NCBI GenBank assembly: GCA_040752415.1
Contig: JBFMGU010000278.1
Coordinates: 1-13,717, forward strand
Source: Myxococcota bacterium
GTDB taxonomy: Bacteria; Myxococcota; JACRCW01
Length of the DNA stretch: 13,717 nucleotides
Reading direction: 5' to 3'
Positions 1 through 6,742 of the stretch are shown piece after piece. A program made the translations under genes and the position numbers. Every line of letters starts with the position of its first letter. Within the stretch, counting starts at the first letter, position 1. Below the pieces are notes generated by a model, which was given only the letters and a program-made list of their open reading frames with translations, searched no databases and was not told the DNA's origin.

Positions 1-127
1 TTCCGTGTCGCGAGAGGAAGCTGCGCCGGGCGGGACGGTAGATGGCCGCGGGGTGGGCGGGACGCTCGTGCTCAGGGGAGGGGTCCGAGCCCGGTGACGG
101 CGGATGATCCGGGTGTGGGATGCGCAT
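1..127 (-). CDS. Possible 5' end of a gene truncated by the window edge (MRIPHPDHPPSPGSDPSPEHERPAHPAAIYRPARRSFLSRHG...)
   Basis: ATG at 127-125 on the minus strand is preceded by GGAGG (136-132, short 4-nt spacing) and an extended -10-like TGcTACCAT (156-148). The frame is open to the window edge. Only 42 codons are visible, with no recognisable family. Confidence 0.35.
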   Translation of the reverse strand, partial: MRIPHPDHPPSPGSDPSPEHERPAHPAAIYRPARRSFLSRHG

Positions 128-249
128 TCAGCCTCCGTGTCCGCAACATGGTAGCAGAGCCAGGGCGCACATGGCTGATGGTTCAACGACGCACCGCGAC
201 AGCACCTTCCATGCTCCCCACCGCGAGGTCTTCGCGATCCGCGTGACGC

Positions 250-1170
250 TCACTCGGTGCGGATGGCGCTTCCCAGGATGAGCAGGGCAAAGGCCGCGGT
301 GCCCAGTCCCAACGTCGCCAGCGCGGACAGGACCAGGCCCACCACGTCGCCAATCAGGGCGCGGTCGTACTTCTCACGGCACTGGCCCCAGTTGGTGCAG
401 TTGGAGGGCATGCGGTAGCCGCGGTCCTCCGCCCGGCTCAGCGCGCGCACCATGGACTGCGCCTGCCCGAGGTCAATGAGGAACAACACCGAGATGCCCG
501 CGCTCAAGAGCGAGAGCGCGCCCGCCGTCAGCGCGCCAATCAGGAACAGCGGATTGCGACCACCACCCCAGATGGGAATCCCGCAGCATTCCACCACGCG
601 CTGCGTGCGCACCCGTCGACGCTTCTGCACGCGCGGCTCCGCCTCCGTCGACGCGGCGGGCGGATGCGGGGGCTCCGGTGCGGCCTGCGGCGCGGACTCC
701 GGTGCGGCGGGGGGCGCGGACGGAGGTAGCGAGGGGGCTTCTTCCGTCGTGGCGGGCGGGGCGGCGGCGCCGGTTCCGTCGGGGACGGGCGGCTCATCCG
801 GTGCGTGGAAGCGCGGCTCCGACGGAGAACCGGAGTTGGCGGTCAATCCCTCGGCGTCGGCGATGGTGACGTAGTAGCCGAACGGCCGCGCCTGGTACCC
901 CTCCGGCACCTCCGCCACCAGCCACCCCTCCGACGCGCCCGGCCTCAGCTCCACCTCCTGGAACGCCTCACCCGCGCGCGCCAGGTACAGCTTCCCGGTC
1001 ACGGGCTGGACGCCGCCCAGCACGCGGACCTCCACGCGCTCGGCGCGCCCGGTCTCCGACGTCACCACACGCGCGTCCATCACGTACGGCGCTTCCGCGC
1101 GCAGGAGCGCCGGCGCCAGCAGCGCAACGCCCAACACCAGGATGTTCGGAAGTCTCAGGGACGTGGACAT
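250..1170 (-). CDS. Hypothetical exported/membrane protein (signal peptide, small beta-rich domain, Pro/Ala-rich linker, two C-terminal TM helices)
   Basis: 306-aa ORF with GC-rich third codon positions. Signal-peptide-like N-terminus (ILVLGVALLAPALLRA), a LYLARAG...YYVTIAD...GSPSEP domain, a PAAP-rich linker, and two hydrophobic helices (LFLIGALTAGALSLLSAGISVLFLI; VVGLVLSALATLGLGTAAFALLILG) flanking a CTNWGQC loop. Confidence 0.8.
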   Translation of the reverse strand: MSTSLRLPNILVLGVALLAPALLRAEAPYVMDARVVTSETGRAERVEVRVLGGVQPVTGKLYLARAGEAFQEVELRPGASEGWLVAEVPEGYQARPFGYYVTIADAEGLTANSGSPSEPRFHAPDEPPVPDGTGAAAPPATTEEAPSLPPSAPPAAPESAPQAAPEPPHPPAASTEAEPRVQKRRRVRTQRVVECCGIPIWGGGRNPLFLIGALTAGALSLLSAGISVLFLIDLGQAQSMVRALSRAEDRGYRMPSNCTNWGQCREKYDRALIGDVVGLVLSALATLGLGTAAFALLILGSAIRTE

Positions 1171-1176
1171 GGGGCC

Positions 1177-1182
1177 ATCCTA
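1177..1182 (-). promoter_or_regulatory. Putative -10 hexamer (TAGGAT) of a leaderless-type promoter
   Basis: Minus strand reads TAGGAT-ggcccc-ATG, a TANNNT motif 6 nt upstream of the 1170 start codon, with no Shine-Dalgarno sequence. Confidence 0.35.
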
Positions 1183-1230
1183 GCGCCCACGCCTCCGCTC
1201 CGCGACGGACGAGCGTGCTCAGGCTCACGA

Positions 1231-1468
1231 CGGGATCACGGAGCGGGTGCGCGGGTGAACGGCGCCCTGGAGTGCGGTGCCGCAACGCGCTCCGTCGTGA
1301 AAGCGGCAGAGCACCGCCCTGGATCAGGCATCCCCGTCTTCGCTTCCACGTCGGAAGCCCGCTGACGTGCGATCACGATCTAGGGCGGTGCTTCACGTCG
1401 TGGCGCCTGGTCGTTGTCGCACCGCACTCCAGGGCGCCACTCACCCGCCCACCCGCTTCGTGAATCCG
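1231..1468. repeat. Nested inverted-repeat element (REP/REPIN- or MITE-like)
   Basis: Outer arms 1231-1287 and 1412-1468 are reverse complements (49/57 nt, perfect 20-nt core GCACCGCACTCCAGGGCGCC). Inner arms 1310-1325 and 1377-1392 match 15/16. A small apical hairpin GCTTCC-acgtc-GGAAGC lies at 1342-1358. Confidence 0.8.
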
Positions 1469-1473
1469 CAGGC

Positions 1474-2493
1474 TCAGCTCGGCTTCTCGTGGTGACGCGC
1501 CGCCCGACGGGCGCGGGTCCGCGCCTCCGGCTCGCTCACCGGCTCCAGGACCACGCCCATGGCCCGGAACTTGGCGCGGCGATCGTGGATGCGCTGCTCG
1601 GGGTCCATGGACATCAGTTCCTTGAGCTGGCGCAGCAACACCCTCTCCAGGTTGGCCGCGGTCACGCCCGGGTCGCGGTGCGCGCCGCCACGCGCCTCCG
1701 GCACGATCTCGTCCACCACGCCCAGCTTCTCCAGGTCCGGCGCGGTGAGCTTCATCTCGTCGGCGGCGCGCTCGGCCTTGGAGGCGTCACGCCAGAGGAT
1801 GGAGGCGCAGCCCTCCGGGGAGATGACGGAGTACGTGGTGTACTGGAGCATGTTGATGCGGTCGGTGACGCCCAGCGCCAACGCGCCGCCGCTCCCGCCC
1901 TCACCAATCACCGTGGAGATGAGCGGCACGCGCAGCTTCATCATCTCCTCGAGATTCTCCGCAATGGCCTGGCTCTGACCACGCTCCTCACCGCCGATGC
2001 CCGGGTACGCGCCGGCGGTGTCAATGAAGGTGAGGATGGGACGGTTGAAGCGCTCCGCCAGCTTCATGAGGCGCAGCGCCTTGCGGTAGCCCTCCGGGTG
2101 CGGCATGCCGAAGTTGCGGCGCATGTTCTCCTTGGTGCCACGACCCTTCTGGTGCCCAATCACCATCACCGCCTGCTCGCCCAGCCGCGCAAACCCCGCC
2201 ACAATGGATTCGTCGTCGGAGAAGCGGCGGTCACCGTGCAGCTCGGTGAAGTCCGTCATCATGTGGCTGATGTAATCCAGCGTGTAGGGACGCTGCGGGT
2301 GCCGGGAGAGCTGCACCATCTGCCAGCGCGTCAGCCGGCTGAAGATCTGCGTGCGCAGGGCCTCCGCGCGCGCCTCCAGCTTGCGGATCTCCGTCTCCAT
2401 CCGCGGCGCCACGCCCATGCGACGCAGCTCCGCGATCTTCTCCTCCAGGGCCTGGACGGGTTTCTCGAACGGCAGGGTGATGGTGACAGCCAT
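1474..2493 (-). CDS. accA: Acetyl-CoA carboxylase carboxyltransferase subunit alpha
   Basis: Hallmark AccA motifs: [86 protein letters not shown]. 339 aa. Confidence 0.98.
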   Translation of the reverse strand: MAVTITLPFEKPVQALEEKIAELRRMGVAPRMETEIRKLEARAEALRTQIFSRLTRWQMVQLSRHPQRPYTLDYISHMMTDFTELHGDRRFSDDESIVAGFARLGEQAVMVIGHQKGRGTKENMRRNFGMPHPEGYRKALRLMKLAERFNRPILTFIDTAGAYPGIGGEERGQSQAIAENLEEMMKLRVPLISTVIGEGGSGGALALGVTDRINMLQYTTYSVISPEGCASILWRDASKAERAADEMKLTAPDLEKLGVVDEIVPEARGGAHRDPGVTAANLERVLLRQLKELMSMDPEQRIHDRRAKFRAMGVVLEPVSEPEARTRARRAARHHEKPS

Positions 2494-2508
2494 GGTGCTA
2501 CCGGAACC

Positions 2509-3753
2509 TCAGCGCATGTCCACGCGCAACAGCTGGTTGCCCACCAGCAGGAAGTCGTCCTGGCCCAGGTCGCGCTCGCCACGGATGCGCACGTAGGTGC
2601 CGTTGCTGCTGCCCACGTCGCGCAGGAAGACGCGACCCGCCCGCTGGCTGAACACGCAGTGCTGCCCGGAGACAAAGCCGTCCTGCGGGAAGACGATGTC
2701 GCCCACCTCGCGGCCCAGCTTCACCTCGGTGCCGCGCAACAGGCGCACCTCACCCAGGCGACCGTCCTCCATCACCTGCACCACGCGGCCAAAGGGCTTG
2801 GGATCCGGCGTGCCCCACAGGCGGCTGTCGTCGTCGGCGCCGCGGGCAATGGTCTCCGCGGGAATGCTGCTCTCCGACTCAAAACGCATCAGCTGACGCC
2901 CCATGCGGATCAGGTCGCCGTGCTGCAGCTCAATCTCCGCGCGCAGGCGGAAGTACACGCCGTTGAGGCTGGCGTTGTCCTTCACGTTGAGCTTGTTGTT
3001 GTTGAAGCGGAACGTGCAGTGCGTGGGCGAGACGAACATGTCGTCGATGAACAGGATGGCGCCGTTGACGCGGCCGCACGGGGTGTCGCCCGGCTTGAGC
3101 GTGAAGTTGGTGCCTTCCTTGCCCTGCTGGTCAATGAGGATGAGCCGGGCCTTGGGTTGCACCAGCGCCGCCACGTCGGCCACGTGCATGAACTGCGTCT
3201 TGCTGGCCGCGGCGCCGCCCGGCGGGGGCGGGGCGCTGGGATCCAGGCGCGTGCCGCAGCTGCCGCAGAAGCGCATCCCGGCGGGGACGGGCGCCTGGCA
3301 GGTGGGGCAGACCTGGCCCATCGTCGTGGAGACGGGGGGAAGCGGGCCGGGCGTGAACGAGGCCGCGGTGGGCGTGTGCTGCGCCGCGGAGGGACGGGCC
3401 GTGCCGCCCGCGCCCACCTCGGTCCGGACCGCGCCAAAGCCGCTGTTGGTGCTGGGCGGTGCCGAGAGCGTGGCGGCGGCGGCGCTGAGCGGCGTCAGCG
3501 GCGAGCCGAACGGGCTGGCCGGGCTGGGCGCCACCGGCGGGGGAGCGGTGAACACCGACGGCGGGGGCGGCAACGAGCTGATGGGCACCGAGGGGCTGGT
3601 GACCGGCGCGGGCGCCAGCGGCGCGACGACGGGGGAGGAAGGAGCGGGAGGCGGAGCGGCGGCGGCGGGCCCCTTGGTCAGCTCCGTGCCGCAGTCGAGG
3701 CAGAAGTTGAAGTGGTCCGCGTTCTCCCTGCCGCAGTTGGAGCAGTTCACCAT
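2509..3753 (-). CDS. Zinc-ribbon and tandem FHA domain protein
   Basis: Start re-called at ATG 3753 (GAGGT RBS at 3764-3760), giving 414 aa. N-terminal CSNC..CLDC zinc ribbon, Pro/Ser/Ala linker, second CPTC..CGSC ribbon, then two FHA domains each with GR...SxxH...NG (CGR..VSPTH..SLNG; LGR..VSGQH..SSNG). Confidence 0.92.
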   Translation of the reverse strand: MVNCSNCGRENADHFNFCLDCGTELTKGPAAAAPPPAPSSPVVAPLAPAPVTSPSVPISSLPPPPSVFTAPPPVAPSPASPFGSPLTPLSAAAATLSAPPSTNSGFGAVRTEVGAGGTARPSAAQHTPTAASFTPGPLPPVSTTMGQVCPTCQAPVPAGMRFCGSCGTRLDPSAPPPPGGAAASKTQFMHVADVAALVQPKARLILIDQQGKEGTNFTLKPGDTPCGRVNGAILFIDDMFVSPTHCTFRFNNNKLNVKDNASLNGVYFRLRAEIELQHGDLIRMGRQLMRFESESSIPAETIARGADDDSRLWGTPDPKPFGRVVQVMEDGRLGEVRLLRGTEVKLGREVGDIVFPQDGFVSGQHCVFSQRAGRVFLRDVGSSNGTYVRIRGERDLGQDDFLLVGNQLLRVDMR

Positions 3754-3794
3754 GGAAGCACCTCTGTTTCCGGCGCCGGCACCGTCGGCGAATT

Positions 3795-3808
3795 GGTTCC
3801 CGGGAACC
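3795..3808. promoter_or_regulatory. Perfect 14-bp palindrome in the divergent promoter region
   Basis: GGTTCCCGGGAACC is its own reverse complement and lies between the FHA gene start (3753) and the helicase start (3946). Function is unknown. Confidence 0.3.
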
Positions 3809-3945
3809 GAAATGGCGGCGGACGTAATCCGCTTTCGTCGCTGCGTCAAACCCATGGGGGCCGCGGGCCGGACCCTGAGCCACCCAGCGGCGTTGTCATC
3901 CCGCCCGACCCTGGGCATACACCCGGTCCCTTGGAATCCGGCTCC

Positions 3946-5307
3946 ATGCTCCAGCTCAGCTTCCGCTCAGGCACCCTGGAGGTGCGCGGCCTCACCCCGT
4001 CCGACCGGACGCTGCCCGGGTGCACCTGGGACGCGCGCGCCGGCTGTCACCGCGCACCCGCCGTGGCCTACGCGGACGTCGTCACCACGCTGCACCGGGG
4101 CAAGGTCCCCTACCAGGATGACGCACGCGGCTACGCGGAGCTCTCCGTCGGGGCGCGGGCCCACCGGGAGCCCCGGCCGTACCAGCAGGAGGCGCTGGAC
4201 GCGTGGCAGGCGGCGCGCGGTCGCGGCGTGGTGGTGCTGCCCACGGGCGCGGGGAAGACGCACGTGGCGGTGATGGCCATCGACCGGAAACGTCGCAGCA
4301 CGCTGGTGGTGGCGCCCACGCTGGATCTCGTGCGCCAGTGGTACGACCTGCTTCGCCAGAGCTTCGACATCCCCGTGGGCGTGGTGGGCGGCGGTGACCA
4401 CGACGTGCAACCGCTCACGGTGACCACGTACGACTCCGCGTACATGCACATGGAGCACCTGGGGAACCGCTTCGGCCTCATCGTTTTCGACGAGTGTCAT
4501 CACCTTCCCGGCGGTGTGTACTCGCAGGCCGCGCGCTTCTCGCTGGCGCCGTTCCGGCTGGGCCTGACCGCCACCCCGGAGCGCACCGACGGAGGCGAGG
4601 TCCGCCTGGGTGAGCTGGTGGGGCCCACGGTGTACCGTCGTGACATCACGGAGCTCAGCGGCGACTACCTGGCGGAGTACGAGACCGTGCAGCTGGTGGC
4701 CGAGCTCACGCCGCAGGAACGCGCGGAATACGAGGAGGCGCGCGCGGTCTACCGCGGTTTCCTGGAGAGCGAGGGCATCCGCGTCCGCAGCCCGCAGGAT
4801 TGGAGCCGGTTCATCATCGCGTCGTCACGCAGCGTGGAGGGGCGCCGGGCCATGATGGCCTACCGTCGACAACGCGAGCTGGCACTGGCGGCCACCACCA
4901 AGCTGCAGATGGTGGAAGAGCTGCTGCACCAGCACCGACACGACCGGGTCATCCTGTTCACACAGGACAACGCCACGGCGTACACGGTGAGCCGACGGTT
5001 CCTGGTGCCCGTCATCACGCACCAGACCCGCGTGAAGGAGCGCAGCGAGATCCTCCAGCTCTTCCGCGAGGGAACCTACGGCGTCATTGCCACCTCCAAG
5101 GTGCTCAACGAGGGTGTCGACGTGCCGGAGGCCAACGTGGCCATTGTCATCTCCGGCAGCGGCAGCGTCCGCGAGCACGTGCAGCGGCTGGGTCGGATCC
5201 TGCGCAAGCAGGGGGAGAAGCGCGCGGTGCTCTACGAGCTGGTCAGCGCCGGCACCGCCGAGGCGTTCATCAGCCAGCGACGGAGGGATCACGTTGCTTA
5301 CCGCTGA
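3946..5307 (+). CDS. SF2 DEAD/DEAH-box DNA helicase, XPB/Rad25 (SSL2)-like
   Basis: Real part of the 1414-5307 ORF, starting at ATG 3946 (453 aa). Q motif PRPYQQEAL, Walker A LPTGAGKT, Ia VVAPTLDLVRQW, motif II FDECHH, motif III GLTATPERTDG, V LNEGVDVP, VI QRLGRILR. Short N-terminal domain (WDARAGCHRAPAVAY) resembles the archaeal XPB damage-recognition domain. Confidence 0.93.
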   Translation: MLQLSFRSGTLEVRGLTPSDRTLPGCTWDARAGCHRAPAVAYADVVTTLHRGKVPYQDDARGYAELSVGARAHREPRPYQQEALDAWQAARGRGVVVLPTGAGKTHVAVMAIDRKRRSTLVVAPTLDLVRQWYDLLRQSFDIPVGVVGGGDHDVQPLTVTTYDSAYMHMEHLGNRFGLIVFDECHHLPGGVYSQAARFSLAPFRLGLTATPERTDGGEVRLGELVGPTVYRRDITELSGDYLAEYETVQLVAELTPQERAEYEEARAVYRGFLESEGIRVRSPQDWSRFIIASSRSVEGRRAMMAYRRQRELALAATTKLQMVEELLHQHRHDRVILFTQDNATAYTVSRRFLVPVITHQTRVKERSEILQLFREGTYGVIATSKVLNEGVDVPEANVAIVISGSGSVREHVQRLGRILRKQGEKRAVLYELVSAGTAEAFISQRRRDHVAYR

Positions 5308-6547
5308 CCTCGTCGACGCGCGCCGGGTGCGCAAGGAGCTGCACCTCATTCCGCTGGATGCGGCCCGTCGGGCGCGCGCGGTGGAGCTGGCGGAGGTGTT
5401 CCTGCAGATCGCGCGGGAGCACGTGGGCCGTACGCGGGACGAGCTGGAGGACGCGCTGGGGTCGCTGGAAGTGCTGCCCAACGAGAAGCGCATGGCCGAC
5501 GGGCTGTGCAAGCTCATCGGGGATCGCTGCGAGTTCGACGCGCCGGAGGACCTGGACCCCACGGACATCCGTCGACAGCTCTTCCTGCTCGGCGCGGAAG
5601 CCCGACGGAACCTGGCGTGGAACACCCCCTTTGACCGTGCCGCGTTGCTCCAGGAGATTGCCACCCAGCGCGAGATGTCGACGACGGAGCTGGAGCGCGC
5701 GCTCTACGCGGACCTCAAGGGCGCACACCTGCTGCGCAGCGTCCCGGCCATCACCGCCACGGACCTGGTGGCTCGCTACGACGACGCGCAGGCCCAGGGC
5801 GTGCTGCTGCGGGCGGTGCGCATGACGGTGGAGGTGCGCTGTGCCTCTCCCACGGGGTACCGGCACCTGTTCCGTCGGATGAAGTTCCTGAGGCTCCTGG
5901 CGACGGTGGATTCGCTCCGGGGCGGCGGATACCGGCTGGAGATCGACGGCCCGTTCAGCATGTTCGAGAGCACCACGCGCTACGGCCTCTCGCTCGCCAT
6001 GCTGCTGCCGGACCTCAAGGCGTGCGACGCTTTCGAGCTGGAGGCGGAGGTCAAGTGGGGCAAGGAGCGGCAGAGCCTCACGTTCCGCATGAAGGGCGGC
6101 TGCCCGGACCTGCGCGTGGAGGAAGACGACCCCTACGCCCACCTCCCCGACGAGGTGCAGGCGTTGGCCCAGCGCGTCCGCGGCATGGACACACCGTTTG
6201 AGGTCCAGCCCAACGCGGACATCCTCAACCTGCCTGGTGTCGGCGTGTGCGTGCCCGACCTGGTCTTCATCCACAAGCAGAGCGGGGAGTGCGTCTACCT
6301 GGAGGTGATGGGTTTCTGGTCGCGCCAGGCGGTGTGGAAGCGCGTGGAGCTCGTCGAGAAGGGGCTGCCGCAGCGGATCGTCTTTGCCGTCAGCGAGCGG
6401 CTCCGCGTCAGCGAGAAGGTGATGGGCGAGGAGCTGCCCGGCGCGCTGTACGTCTACAAGGGCATGATGAACGCGCTCAGCGTGCTGGAACGGGTGGAGC
6501 GGCTGGTGGCTGGAACGGACGCTGGCGGCACCCGCGCTGGGACGTAG
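5294..6547 (+). CDS. DUF790 / Bax1-family endonuclease (PD-(D/E)xK fold), XPB partner
   Basis: TTG start at 5294 with GGAGG at 5282-5286 gives MLTADLV... (417 aa) and a 14-bp overlap with the helicase. Family-type motifs ALYADL, RY..AQAQGVL, IDGPFSMFESTTRYG, VPDLVF...YLEVMGFW. Confidence 0.85.
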   Translation: MLTADLVDARRVRKELHLIPLDAARRARAVELAEVFLQIAREHVGRTRDELEDALGSLEVLPNEKRMADGLCKLIGDRCEFDAPEDLDPTDIRRQLFLLGAEARRNLAWNTPFDRAALLQEIATQREMSTTELERALYADLKGAHLLRSVPAITATDLVARYDDAQAQGVLLRAVRMTVEVRCASPTGYRHLFRRMKFLRLLATVDSLRGGGYRLEIDGPFSMFESTTRYGLSLAMLLPDLKACDAFELEAEVKWGKERQSLTFRMKGGCPDLRVEEDDPYAHLPDEVQALAQRVRGMDTPFEVQPNADILNLPGVGVCVPDLVFIHKQSGECVYLEVMGFWSRQAVWKRVELVEKGLPQRIVFAVSERLRVSEKVMGEELPGALYVYKGMMNALSVLERVERLVAGTDAGGTRAGT

Positions 6548-6556
6548 AATGACGCC

Positions 6557-6667
6557 ATGGTCGCCGCCGCCAAGCCCAAGTTGCACGCCACGAGGGCCGA
6601 CCTTGAGGCGCTGCCGCCGTCCATCAAGGGCGAGATCATCGACGGCACCCTCATGCCGGAGTTGTGA
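6557..6667 (+). pseudogene. Truncated Uma2/DUF820-family endonuclease remnant (36 codons)
   Basis: Not in the ORF track. Translates as MVAAAKPKLHATRADLEALPPSIKGEIIDGTLMPEL*. The ATxADLEALP...GEIIDG pattern is the typical Uma2 N-terminus, but the frame stops before the catalytic PD..(D/E)xK-type region. TAGAAT lies 6 nt upstream of the ATG. Confidence 0.7.
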
Positions 6668-6742
6668 CCCAGCTGCAGCGTGGCCAACGTGTGGTCCGGA
6701 AGGTGAAACCGGCGGCCACCTCCGCTACAACGCGCACGCAAG

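Noticed and set aside
3754..3918. Upstream extension of the FHA ORF to 3918
   Set aside because: The zinc ribbon starts immediately after ATG 3753, which has an RBS, and the extension would fill the divergent promoter region.
1414..3945. N-terminal 844 aa of the 1297-aa plus-strand ORF, an apparent giant helicase fusion
   Set aside because: It is the antisense shadow of accA and the FHA gene (stop-poor in high-GC DNA, His/Arg/Gly-rich nonsense). Helicase-like sequence begins only at ATG 3946.
5087..5293. Upstream extension of the nuclease ORF, or a programmed frameshift fusing helicase and nuclease
   Set aside because: GGAGG plus TTG at 5294 explains independent initiation, the extension overlaps helicase motifs V-VI, and no slippery heptamer is visible.
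4825..6586. Minus-strand ORFs 4825-5664 and 5270-6586 and alternative-frame ORF 4800-5825
   Set aside because: They overlap the well-supported helicase and nuclease genes and lack recognisable motifs; typical high-GC shadow ORFs.
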